A stretch of 64,000 bases of DNA from Microbotryum violaceum. Taxonomy: Eukaryota. How positions within the stretch are numbered: the first letter of the stretch is position 1; each line of letters starts with the position of its first letter. Below, one piece after another: positions 24,926 through 37,499 of the stretch. Position numbers and translations under genes: made by a program. Location of the stretch: the NCBI GenBank assembly GCA_001244265.2, contig CDLV01000005.1, forward strand, positions 2,418,001 to 2,482,000. Direction: 5' to 3'. The notes below the pieces were generated by a model. It worked only from the letters and a program-made list of their open reading frames with translations. It was not told where the DNA came from and did no database searches.

Positions 24926-25653
24926 CGACGACGACGATCGGATGTCAATTGGCCGCGCCAGGGAATGGGGAAGCACTGACACAATCAATGTCGTATCGTG
25001 ACAAAAACTTTGACTTGTCAGGGTCTGATTGTTGAGTGGGTGGCGATGAGAGTAGTGAGAGACCGGAGAGCGTAGCCGAGTCAGATCTGAGTGCGAGAGA
25101 AAGAGGAGCAAGGAGCGACGATTGACGGCGGCTACTCGCACGGACCTCCTTGGCCCAGCGTAACTTACCGGCGTGAGTGCAGCGCAAAAGAGGGAACAAG
25201 TCTTAGACATCCGACAGAGTCCTTCAGGTAGTGCCGGTACTTTTATTCCAATCATGCTCTACTTCATTCATTGCCGAACGTCCGAGACATCTCAGATCCT
25301 GATCTACAGGGTCTGTGAAATATCGCAGAGGAGCTCGGCAGTACGGTCCGGACCTGCCTTCTTCGACGACCCCGAATCCCCGTGTCTTTGACAAGAATCT
25401 TGACGGTTGAAAAGCGTGAACCGGTAGGCTCGAGTGGTCGACTCGGTGGTTGTTGGTCGTTCACGCAGGTTCGGAGCTGCCGAGCCGCTCAGGAACCTGT
25501 ACCCGACCGACCGCGTAACTCGTCCTCGAAGGGGCCCTTTGATGAACCGTATCGTAAGAGTGCTGACGTATTCCTGGACGGATTGCTTCCAGTCCACCCC
25601 AGCGTGGCGCGGACCACGTTGGTAACACGCATCTCCATCCCCCGGGAGTTTCT

Positions 25654-27016
25654 TTATCCCCTCTTCCCACCCCAAATCTTGACAGTCGCATCCGCCGAGG
25701 CTGTGATCAGCTCATCCTGTTTCGGATGATGAGCAGTCCACAAGATCGCTCTTTCATGCGCTTTGAAGCTCGAGCCGAGTTGTTTGCCCTGCCCAACCCA
25801 GCCGACCCGGTCATCTCAGAGATCAGTGTGCGGTGCAAATCCCCACCCACTCGGACCGAGACCGGACTGACCGTCTCCACATCCCACGTATAAACTTTCC
25901 CTTCCTCGTCACCGGTCACGACCGTGCGTTCATCTTTCCCAAACGACGACGGCGATCGATAGGATTCATTCTTGTGCCCCTGATACTTGGTGAACATGAC
26001 CCCCGTATCTAAATCAAGGTTCCTAATCGTCGAATCGAGCGAAGTGACGAGCAACATGGCCGAATCGTTCGAGATGCTGATGGAGGTGACGGGGTCTGTG
26101 AGTGCCTCCGTCAGTTGGTCAGTTCAAAAAAGGAAAGGTTGTCATGACTCGTTTTCAGCTGTGGGAACGTACGATCGAAATAATCGGCTCGGAGTTCGCC
26201 CATCCTCAAGTCGTAGGTTCGGACATGGCCATCGACGGATCCGACGCTGATGAGGTGGTTACGGATGCAGATCGAAGTGATGCTATCTTTCGCGTCTTGG
26301 AGGACTTGTAGAGGTATCCGATTCTGTGACCTGTCGTGATGGCCGAGGTGTTAGCTTGGCTCGGTTCCGATCGAGAAGCGGTATCCAAACAAGAGATCCC
26401 ACGTACTTGATGTCCCACAACCGGACCGTCGAATCGAACGAGCCTGTACGTCGTCCGCACGTTTCAGCCTCGACGAGCCGAGATTATGATATGCTTGGGA
26501 TGCACGTTTTAATGACGTACCACTCGCCAAAATGGAAGCATCCTGATTGAAAGCGACGGCATTGACTTTGGCCATATGGCCCGACAAGCGCCGGATCAGT
26601 TCACCGGATGCGACGTCCCAGACGAAAACGCTTCGATCTCCTCCACATGAGGCGAAGCGGGAGTTGTCGTGTGTGCTGTTGTTTTCACGGGAGGAGAGGG
26701 GGGAGCACGGGTTTCGCAACGAGTCGAGGAGAGGGGGGGTAAATGAAAGCATCCAATGAGATATGAGATGGACTGAGCTGGCACAGCCCATACTGGAGAC
26801 GATTACTCACCAATCCAAGCCCAACACCTCATAGCCATGCCCCGCATATGTCTTGACCAGTGTCCCCTTAACTGGGTTCCACAACTTGATCGTGCGATCC
26901 TGGCCAGCGGTGAGCACGTACGAAGCGCCAGAGTTGTACACCGCCGAATTGACGGGTCCTTTATGGCCCGACAGGGTGTGGACTAGATTTGAGAGGGCGG
27001 GGGTGGGAGGCGCCAT
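25654..27016 (-). CDS. WD40 repeat protein, WDR83/MORG1-like, multi-exon
   Basis: GHKGPVNSAVYN...LTAGQDRTIKLWNP...TYAGHGYEVL; DNSRFASCGGDRSVFVWDV; LVTSLDSTIRNLD...YQGHKN; last exon ends ITASADATVKIWGGKRG* (TAA 25654-25656). Confidence 0.88.
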
Positions 27017-27362
27017 CGTAAACGGGTCGCTCGGTCGCGCCGGCCGACGGTAAGGTGGGGGGAGCAGCGCAAGAGTTGACAGGGGGGACGGACATTCGTC
27101 CTCGACTTTTTGCGAGCCATCGAATTTGGGCTCATGGTACTCGAGGAATGGGAGAATGGGAGACCAGCTGGCCCGCTTATCCCAGGAATTGAATGTAGTA
27201 ACTGGATCATGTTCTTTATCGGAAAGGAACCAAGCGGAGCGTTACTTAATATATGCCGATTTTTCATGTGCGCCCGCCGACTTGATCACGTCGAACGCAA
27301 CGGCCGTCGGTCGCTATCAAAGCCTGAGGGTCGACTTTCGCCCCCATCATCGTCGGGACGCC

Positions 27363-28686
27363 ATGCGTTCGACCTTCTTGGTCAGCTTGTTGAGCCTCAT
27401 CGCAACAGCTCACACCAGCTCGCTCGAACCTGGGTTTCGGATACAAGCCGCCGAGCCTCGCCTAGTCATCTCCGCACCGTTCGCCGATCGAGTCTCCCCC
27501 GCCCCACTTGACCGATCGCAATCGACCGTCGACCGTACGGCCCTGAAAACGCTGTCCACACCTTCCTCGGCCGAAGCCGATCACGCACCACGAGTCACGT
27601 ACAACGATCAAGATTTCTATGATCCTAGAAGACGAGGGGGAAGGCTGCTGAACGTGAGTCCAAGAGGAGGCACATCCGTCGCTGCCCGAATCTCCAAGTC
27701 GTGACTCGGAGCTGCGACGAGTCGGTCGTCCTACCTATCGCCTGCACAGCTAAAGGCTCAAAAAACCTCGCACGTGACCGCGGGACCGCTTTCATCTTTG
27801 CACTTTGACGTCGTACTAACGTCTGAACCATCTGTGGTTCAGCGAGTCAATGACTGGAACGGCGAACCCTTGAACATCATCATATCCGCCCGGTCATCCC
27901 CCGACGTGCTACGAGAATCCGGCTTGATCGCCTATTCCAAATCCCTCGGGTTGCGGAAGGAATGCCTCGATATGCATGGTGGGGGTGCACAGTATGCTGA
28001 TCTGGGCGATGGGGGAGGTGAGTAATTCATCCAGAAAAATCGGGTTGGGCACAGGGGGAGGATGCTAATCATGGGTCGAGGACGATGACAGGTTTTCAAC
28101 CCGAGCTTTTCGTGCTGAGGCAAAGCGACTGGCCCTTTGTCGGATCCTGCGTCGAAACAGTCGTCGGTCAGTGTTTCCCCCCAGCACGGTAAGGTGTGGG
28201 TAACATTCTCAGACAACAAATTGCGACTATGTCTTTCAGGTGGTAATCACTTTCGAGCATGGAAACAAAATGGCACCCAGGCAAATTCAGGCGCATGGTT
28301 CCTCTCCGCTTCGAAAGAAATGGTTTGTCTATTTGAGCTCACACCTTCCGGCTTTCAACTTCCTTCGACTGAGGCGTAAATGATCTATCCACATACCACA
28401 GGACATCCGAGGCCGCCACAAGATCATCCCCGATGGGTACAACATTGGGAGAGATTTGATCGTGGCTAAAGCGATCGCTGGGACGAGGTATAGGAGACGG
28501 ATTTGGACCGCCGAAGTCGAGTGGATAGAGGGCTTGCTTGAGCCGGGGAGCGAGGGTGAGGCTGTGTCACGAAGAGATAGTGAATCAGGTCATTCTGTAC
28601 TGATCTGGTCCTCCCTTCGTGCAGGAGTCAATCATGGCATCGCTCAAGATGGCCGAATCGCGTTGCTCACCGTGGCGGAGTTCTAA
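27363..28686 (+). CDS. Secreted protein of unknown function (conserved-looking fungal family), multi-exon
   Basis: Signal peptide MRSTFLVSLLSLIATAHT; spliced core GEPLNIIIS, ECLDMHGG...ADLGDG, GSCVE, GGNHFRAWKQNG...GAWFLSASKE, GYNIGRD, GVNHGIAQDGRIALLTV. Confidence 0.8.
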
Positions 28687-28987
28687 GTCCTGAAACCAAA
28701 GCCTGCAGTATACCCCTAGCCGCACATAGACACACGTGTACCACTGCTTCCCCTTAACGTATCCTTATCTGAATGATGACGAGATCTGTAATGCAGACAT
28801 TTGAAATTGCACGGTTAATCACGACAATAGCATGCTAGCGATCAAAAAAGGAAACGAGACGATGTTAAGATCCGCTGCAATGAGGTAAATGAAGTACAGA
28901 AACGGGTATTGTGATCATACACACACGCGCGCCCTTGCACAACCATCCCCATCCATAAGCGAACTCTCACCAAAAGCCCCACCCCAT

Positions 28988-31362
28988 TCATCTCCACTCC
29001 ACCTCGCCAAAACACCTCCTCCCCCTCCGATCCACGTTCCATTCCCAAACCCTCCCTTCAGTAGCCACCACCAACCTCCCTCCCTCTTCATCCCAATCCA
29101 AGCCCAACAGATCCATCGGGGTACTATCCGTAGGGAAGTACTGGGAAGTAGGTTGATAGCCCGTTCTTCTTGAACCTGCTCGACCAGGGGAGATGAAGGT
29201 CGAGTAGGTCGAAAGGGGCGTGTAGCCTGATAGACCTGGACGCCAGCCTGGAGGTGGGGAACGGCCTGCTGTGGTTGTTGGTGGTTGGAGAAGAAGGAGG
29301 GGCGGGGCGGAACCAAACGTTTGCGTTGAAGATGGTTGTCGGGGATCAGGGAGGAAACGATTCAAAAGGGGCGGAGCGATGTTCGTGGGTGCAGAGGACC
29401 GGATGAAGATTGTTGATGTGTCGGGTGGGCATTCCTCTTCCTCCCCTTCTTCTTCATCATCAACTTCTTCATCTTCGTCTCCCTCCTCTTCTTCATCTTC
29501 TTCATACATCCCCCTTCCTTGACCCGGCCTCCGTCGTGAATGCACGATCGTCGCCGTCGTGCCCTCTTGCTCCGGATTATCAGCCATGCCCCGTTCACGC
29601 AAGCGTTGGCTCACTTCTATCGCTTCGCGAGAAAAAAGGCCCGACGCACCCTGAAGCAACCTCCTGTACGCGACGTCCTGGGTCCCATAACTCGTCGAAG
29701 CGATTGCGTTCCCACTTGCCTGGCCCTCGGCCTGCACGGGTCTTCTCGAAGGAGGGGGCAACGGCACTTCTTGTCCCAACGAATAAACCCCATCCAGATT
29801 CCTCGGAGGCAGTACCTCAACGATCTGAGATTGATCCCACGTCCTCGCATCGACGATATGGACCTTTGAACGGTGTTCCGTAAACGCAAGCAATTCCCCA
29901 TCGACGCGATTGCCGGGACTGAACTTGGCTTTGCGAATCGCTCCTGGAGGTCCCGCTTGGGTCGATTTGATCGTCGCTAATTTTCTGGGTGGGGATTCGG
30001 AAGGACCGGATCCTGATCTAGGCATGTAGCGTACGTCGTAGACGTGGACGTAACCATCTTGACTTGCGACGGCGAACTTGTCTCCCGTTTGGGACCAGTC
30101 GCTCGAGAACGAAGCGTCCTCGGAGGCTTCGAACGAGTGCACAAAGGTATATTCACCCAAAAGGGAGATGTCGTAGAGAAAAATCTCGTTCGTGTCGCCG
30201 ACGGCGACGAGTCGACGACCATCGGGGGAGACGGAAGTGTGGTTGATGGCCGTGTCAAAGTGGAGATCGCGAGAGTGGCCCAGGGGGACGAGGCGGCAAG
30301 TACCCCCAGTATCGTATGTGCCGTGCTCCTCTATGGACTCGTTCGAAGACGAGTCGTTGGATACTTCCTCGGCTCTGTTGGTGCTCTGATCGAGCCATAA
30401 AGGTCTGATCGGAGGGTAGGATGTCGAAGAATCGGACATGGTCGCATCGACTCGGCCCCCCCACTCGGCCCGTCCGACCGGAGTCATGGTCAAGGATCGT
30501 TCCGAGGAGCCACCGAGATTGAACTGCCGCCGGGTGCGCTTTCGTCTCCTAGCTCCCGCTCTGAAGTCGGGTACCTCGCCGGCGACGTCATAGATCTTGA
30601 TGGAGGCGTCATTGTTGCTGACGAGCAGACGGGGTCGATCGGGAAGGAGTGGACTGGGTCCGATGAAGATGGAGTTGTTGATCGAGCCAGCGGGCGAGTC
30701 GATGGTTTGATGTGACCTGTGAAAGAGGTTACTCCAGAGTGAGAACTCGCAAGTGATGGTGTGGCTGTGCCGACTGGGTACTGACCAGGTCGCGTCGGGA
30801 TGGGCGGACCTGAGCGCGAGTTCGGACAGTTGGCCGCCGACGGCGATCAAGCCACAGCCATAGGCCAAGGTCGAAGGGCAGAAGTTGAGCTTGGTCACGA
30901 TCGGATCAACCTGGAAGGGATTGGAACGAGTCAGGTTCAGTTCACGGGTGCAGTCCCAGATCACGAAGGCGAGCGTTGGCGCAGGGTGACGGGATGCCAT
31001 TGTGGGGGCGGCAAGGCCACGTGACGCGTGACGCGCGTGAACGAGCGACGATGACCCGGGCCGTCGACGGGAGACCCAGCAGGGCAGCAACACTGACATT
31101 GTGCAGGAGGGAATGTCGCACGATTCGGTCGTAGCACACCACGACGACGGCGTCTGGGTCCTCGGGTGGACAGACGACGAGGTCGCGTAGTTGTGGGTGC
31201 GACGCTGTAGTGGTCAGCGCGGTCGAATGAACCGCGTGGGGCTGGTCCGGTGGCAGGAGTAGGTGGCTGGTCCTGCAGTGTGAGAGGGGGAAGGTCAGGT
31301 CAGGTTCGGGTTCAGGTTCTTTATCGCGGATGAATGGAATGCGATACTTGCAACCGCATCAT
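28988..31362 (-). CDS. WD40-like protein of DUF2415 type; start approximate
   Basis: HPQLRDL near N-terminus, SINNSI, LLVSNND, AINHTSVSPDGRRLVAVGD, FAVASQDG, GAIRKAKFS, LLAFTEH..VHIVDART, GLDWDEEG; acidic insert. Confidence 0.8.
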
Positions 31363-31433
31363 CGTGTAAAACACCGCTGGGGACGGTGGCGTTGCACAGC
31401 GGGACAGCCGAGACTCGAGCCAAAGTCCGGTCC

Positions 31434-31455
31434 CTCAGCGCCTCAGCGCTCAGCG
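31434..31455. promoter_or_regulatory. (CTCAGCG)x3 motif in the DUF2415/eRF1 divergent promoter
   Basis: Copies at 31434-31440, 31442-31448 and 31449-31455; same core as 4065-4085. Confidence 0.4.
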
Positions 31456-31884
31456 CCTTCCCGGCGTGCCGAGCCGTTGGCAGGCTTTCCCTGCAAGTGC
31501 ACTGCAGTCGAGTTGACCCGTACCGATTCCGTGTAGCGATTTTGGACTTTGCATCATTTGTCCTGCTGTTCCTCGAGTCAGACCTTTATTCTGGAACTTC
31601 GTGCTCGTCAGGCCTTGATTTTTTTTCTGGAAATTCGGCAGTGCTCGTCATTGTCCGGACTTGTGTGTCCACCTCGTGGCCCCTTTCTTGCGTTCTGCGC
31701 GGCCGACTCGCCAGCAGCCGAGCGGTGCCTGCGGTGCCGTCTGTTGCCGTCTGGTGTCGTCGTGCTCGGCTTCGCAGTTGGCGCGCCCGGTCGTCCGCTC
31801 CGTCTCACCCGGCTGCCGCTCACTGCCCTCCTTACCTGCACCTACCTGTTACCTACCAACGAGCCCCCGACTTTCTCGCCCATC

Positions 31885-34156
31885 ATGTCGAGCGCGGCAG
31901 ATATGGCCGAGCAGAACATTGCGGTATGGAAGGTCAAGAAACTCGGTAAGTTGTACGCGGTCGTCGTAGTGCGAACGAGCTCGTGCCAGCGCTGTCGCCG
32001 CCATCAAACCGGTCGTCGCTGCATGTATCGAGCTGGTCTCGGCCGACGCCCCACGAAGAATCAGGTGCTGACGTTCATCGTGATCGGTTTTCCATTCTTT
32101 ACACAGTACAAAGTCTACAGGCCGCCCGAGGAGCTGGCAAGTGATGTCCTTCTGCTCCTTCGTTTCCGCGATGGTGCCGTGGCGCGGCATTCGCTCACAC
32201 GACCCGACCATCTTTGACGCTGACACTCTCGACACCTTGGATCGCCACAGGAACGTCCATGATCTCGCTCATCATCCCACCAAAGTAAGTGGCCCCAATG
32301 GGTTCGTGTTCGTCTGGGGTGGGTGCAGCAGACGACTGAGACGGACCTCTTTGTTCCTCTTCGTGCGAACCAACAGAGCTCAGATCTCCCAGATCTCGGG
32401 TATGCTCACCCAGGAATATGGAACAGGTCAGTTTGCAATTTGCAACCGGCCGCAGGGGGTCTGACGCGTTGGGGATTCACACTCACCCCCCGTACTCCGT
32501 GTACTCCGTACTCCGTGCACAGCTTCCAACATCAAGTCGCGTGTGAACCGACTGTCCGTACTCGCGGCCATCACCTCGACCCAGCAGCGACTCAAGCTCT
32601 ACAACAAGGTGCCCCCGAACGGCCTCATCGTCTACTGCGGCACGATTCTCACCGACGAAGGCAAGGAGAAGAAGGTCAACTTTGACTTTGAGCGTGAGTC
32701 CGATTGTGGTCTAGGAAGGGGGAAAACCCAGCATTGACCACCACCTGGCACATGTCGCGCTCCTTTCCATTGACCCAACCACCCAACCACTCACAGCGTT
32801 CAAACCGATCAACACCTCCCTGTACCTGTGCGACAACAAGTTCCACACCGACGCCCTCGCCGAACTGCTCGAATCCGACGCCAAGTTCGGCTTCATCATC
32901 ATGGACGGAAACGGCGCCCTCTTCGGCACCCTCGCCGGCAACACGCGCGAAGTGATCCACAAATTCTCCGTCGACCTCCCCAAGAAGCACGGACGTGGTG
33001 GACAATCGGCGTTGCGTTTCGCGCGTCTGCGTATGGAGAAGCGACACAATTACGTGCGCAAGGTCGCCGAATTGGCCGTGCAGCATTTCATCACCGATGA
33101 CAAGGTCAACGTCCAGGGCCTCGTCCTGGCCGGTTCGGCCGATTTCAAGACCGAGTTGAACCAGTCCGATATGTTTGATCAACGTTTGGTCGCAAAGGTC
33201 ATCAAGGTCGTTGATGTGTCGTACGGTGGGGAGAACGGTTTCAACCAGGCGATCGAGCTTGCAGCCGAGTCGTTGAGCAATGTCAAATTCGTTCAGGAGA
33301 AAAAGTCAGTTCACCCCACCCCCACACCACGAACTTGATCTGACGGCCAAGTGCTTACCCAAACCCTCCCGACTCTCCCAGACTCATCCAAAAATACTTT
33401 GACGAGATTTCACTCGACACGGGCAAATACTGCTTCGGTGTCGAAGACACCTTGCGCGGTTTAGAAATGGGTGCCGTCGAAACCTTGATCGTATGGGAGA
33501 ACCTCGACGTCACACGCCACGTTCTCCGCGAATCGACGGGGGCCGAACTCGTCGTTCATACCGCCGCTCCACCACCTACCGCATCCAACGCCAAGATCGA
33601 TAATCAAATGTCTGCTACGGGGATCAATGCGCTTTCCGAGGTAGATCGGGCCAAGTTTATCGATAAGCTTACGGGGTTGGAGATGGAGCAGGCGCAAGAA
33701 CCGATGCCGCTGTTGGAATGGTTGTCGGATAACTACAAGACGTTCGGGTGCGAGTTGGAATTTGTTACCAAGTCAGTCAGAAACGGTGATGGACCCACCG
33801 GGTGCAGGGCTGGTTCGCTGACGCTGCTGTTGTTTTCTCGTCTCACCCCACAGCCGTAGTCAGGAAGGATCGCAGTTCGTCAAGGGCTTCGGTGGGATCG
33901 GGTGAGCCGTTATGCTCTGTTTACGGTAACCTCTCTCCACAGAAAAACTCACTCCTCACTTCTCTTTCATCTGTAGTGGCTTGCTCCGATACAAGGTCGA
34001 CTTTGCAGTCATTGCCGACGCATTGGATGTGAGTAATCGACCCAATGCCTGAGAGACCCCAACCTGACGAGCCCAGCTTAACTCATCTGCCTTTATTCAA
34101 TTTCTTTACAGGACTTTGACGACGAGTTCATGTCGGATGACGACGACCCGTACTAG
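31885..34156 (+). CDS. SUP45: Eukaryotic peptide chain release factor 1, about 10 exons
   Basis: [85 protein letters not shown] 34154-34156. Confidence 0.98.
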
Positions 34157-34330
34157 ACGCTTTACATCGACGCTCGTGTAAAAACAAAATCCGCCAAACC
34201 GTTCACTCCTTCTTTCTTTCCATTCTGATGTAATACCACCACCACCATCTTTTACTTTCCAAGCGATACTTTTCTAGGGAGTCTTGACGGATAAGGATAA
34301 GACTACAAGAAGGCCAAGATGTAGCTTTAT

Positions 34331-35364
34331 TCAATAAGGAGGTAACCCCCATTCTTCAGGGACGAAATCTAACAACGAGTTGAGGATCTGCGTCGGGTCT
34401 AGGTCGTGATCACCCATCGTTTTGAGTAATTCCGGATCGGGGACCCAAACCACTGTCAGGTCAAAGGAAAGTGGGAAAGATCAGCTTTCTACCCACCCCG
34501 AGGGCTCATAGAGCACTTTGTTCGTCAAGCTCCGTGAACTGACCTGGCATCCCAGCAGATCTCGCCGCTCTGACCCCCGGTACTCCATCTTCAAATACCA
34601 AGACTCTGGATCTGGACTCGTCGCAATCAAAGTCCAAATGTCGTTTCGCGGCTTCGATAAAGATCGTAGGGTCAGGTTTGCCTTTACCTGATGGGGGAAG
34701 TTGCGGGCGGAACATCAGATCAGGGTTTTTTTTTGGAACGATGTCCGAGAGGGAGGGGTATGGCATACCTTGCAAGCAAGGATCATCGCCCACCATAATT
34801 CTTGTCCCGAAAGAGTTGAAGAGGTCGGGGAGATGGGTGGATTTGATGGCCATGTTTTTGGCTTTGGACCCGGTTGCGATCTAGGACGAGGTGAGAATGG
34901 GTTTGAGTGAAGATTCACGGAATGGGGAGGTAGATGCAGGGGGGTAGTAACTTGCAGCGATGGGAACACCGTGCTTTTCCAGATGTTGCACCTGACAGGT
35001 TGACGAGCGCACGAATTAGCTCCTCCATTACCACTCAAGACGTCAATTCGCAGTCACCTCAACTGACCAACTTGACCGCCCCCGGCAAAGGTTGTACCTT
35101 AGCAAACGCTTCCTGCACCTTGGCATCCATCAGTTCCAACAAGACTTGCGGTTCGACTTCAATCCCCGTCGCTTTGACGAGATAGGTCGCTGCGTCCAAA
35201 GCGGGCCGTCCCATGATCCCAGCTTTGATCTCCCAGGTCATTTCTTTACCGTAAGGAGCGAGGACTTGGTTCGAAACTTGGGTGTAGATACGTTCGGAAT
35301 CGATCAATAGCCCGTCCATGTCGAAGAGGATACCTTTGATTTGTGGAAGAGGTGGGGAAGACAT
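34331..35364 (-). CDS. HAD-family hydrolase, HDHD1/pseudouridine-5'-phosphatase-like
   Basis: LFDMDGLLIDSE, PLPGAVKLV, IATGS, GKGKPDPTIF, VLVFEDGVPGV, VWVPDP, FVPEEWGLPPY*. Confidence 0.9.
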
Positions 35365-36086
35365 GTTGGGTGGAGGAGGTGCGTTGACGGAGCCGTGGAG
35401 AGGTTTGCGAAGTGTGGGGTCTCGAATCAAGTCAATGGGGTGGGGCCGCGCTCTCCCGACTCTCGACCGGCCAAAGACGTCAGCTCCTCAACAAGTGAAC
35501 AGGACTTGCAGTAAGAGTGGCCTTTGATTTTCTGCGGTGTCTATTGAAAACTGCCAGACAACAATAGAGCGCCGGGACGCCCCGAAGAGAGGGGGAGTAG
35601 CCCCTATTTTTCATCGAGCCACAATCGGGCGCTTGATTCCTGGACGAGGAGCTCTTTCTGATCGAGATGTCAATTTTGGCATCTATCAATTGCGAGACGG
35701 TGATCTCGGAATTGACACCCGGCTGGACCAAATTCGCCCCCTGAACAAAGTCGAAGAAACGCTGCGGGTTTCCTCGCAAAAAGGGTAGATACTTCTCGTG
35801 AAACGACTCGACGCAGACTCGACAGTGACTGCTTTGTCAAGCAATAAACTGGATTGCTTACGTATCGTCATGGTCCTGGCATGCTTAAAAACTGACGCCC
35901 TTCAAGGTGGACCCAGAGCGATTGGTCAGCTGACTACAAAGCACGTCATGGCGCCGAGGAACCGGCCGGCTTAGTAAGAGCTGCTTTTTCGCTCAACGAC
36001 TTGCATCTCAACTGTCTCATTCATCCTTCTTCGTCTCTCATTTCACCGCGCATCACACCAGTCTCAAGTCTCTTCCCAACCCAACC

Positions 36087-37295
36087 ATGACCGCCACTCT
36101 ACTCCCTCAGCTCTTGCCAGACTCGGCTCCCCACATCTATGCTGACTTGGCCTACTTCCAACCGCCACCCAATGGAGGTCAGTCACGGCTCTGACGTCTT
36201 GACGCACTCTGGATTGTGACTGATACCAATTTCTGACTTTGCAGAGGTGCCATGGACCACCCAATACCCGGCCCCAGGAGGCAAGAGCCGCCAATCCAAC
36301 GTCACGCCCAAGCACGTGCAATTCCCAATCTACGACTTGCGAGGCGTGGATCCGGCCCAAACCGCGATCGATGTCACGGGGTTCCAAATCGTTCCCGATA
36401 TCGAGGAGAGGAAGACCAAAATGAAGTACGAGGACTGGCAGGATGAGGGCAAGATCGCCGAGGTGTATTATCCCGAGGTCGAGCGGTAGGTCCCGATGAT
36501 GTCATTTCCTCCGAGTCGAGCGAACTTCCCCATACTAATAAGGTATTTGGGTTCATCCCACTCAGCCTGCTCAAGAAGGTGACGGGGGCAAGCAAAGTCA
36601 TCATCTTTGACCACACCGTCCGACGAGCCGAACGAGAAGGCGAAGAGACCCCCGACGAACCGACGAATCGCAAACCCGTACCTTTGGTCCACGTCGATCA
36701 GACTGAACAATCCGGTGCTCGTCGAGTCCTTCGACATGCCGAGTCCAAAGAGGAGGGCGAACGATTACTTCGTGGAAAGGCCAAGCTCGTCAATTTGTGG
36801 CGACCGTTCAAGACTGTGTAAGTAGCAAAATGGATTGGCGAGATCAAATGATGGGAGAGGTCGAAAACTCACCCTCCAACCAATTGTTGCCTACAGATAC
36901 GACATGCCTCTCGCTTACGCGGATGCGAGGACACTTTCAAGGGACGATCTCGTCAAGTCTCGTCTCTTGTACAAGCCACCGACTCCTGAAGGCGAGACTT
37001 ACCAAGTCCAGCTCAACCCGAATCATCGCTTCTACTACCTCTCTGAGATGCAACCCGATGAAGGTGAGCCACCTTAGCGCGGTACAGAATCACTCCGGCT
37101 GCAGCACAGGTCAACTGACATATCCTTTCTCATGCAATTACAGCTGTCATGCTCCAATGCTGGACGAACGACGAATCGGGAGGTCCGATGACGCCTCACA
37201 CGGCGTTCAAGGACGAGCGCTATTTCGGCAAGGAAGGCGTCGAGCTGCGGGAGTCGATCGAGATCCGTTCGCTGCTCTTTTTTGATACCGAGTGA
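36087..37295 (+). CDS. AsaB/CmcJ/NvfI-family putative Fe(II)/2-oxoglutarate oxidoreductase, 5 exons
   Basis: IYDLRG...GFQ, YYPEVE, VIIFDHTVRR, VHVDQT, NLWRP, PLAYADAR, HRFYYLSEMQPDE, TPHTAF, RESIEIR; spliced frame is intact. Confidence 0.85.
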
Positions 37296-37318
37296 GAAAA
37301 GAATGCTTTAGCTTGTAG

Positions 37319-37321
<3 letters not shown>

Positions 37322-37351
<30 letters not shown>
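37322..37351 (-). repeat. T30 (+) / A30 (-) homopolymer between convergent genes
   Basis: Thirty T residues seen; AATAAA on the minus strand at 37373-37368. Confidence 0.9.
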
Positions 37352-37499
37352 CGGCGATGATTTGTAATTTATTTGTTTTTGTCGTATCCGCCTCACTATA
37401 GCGAAAGTCTCGTTAAACAGAAAAGTTCTCCAACACCCCGCCCGACTCGCATCAAATTCTCGCCTCCTAAGACTTCCAAGCCATCATGAGAACACAATC

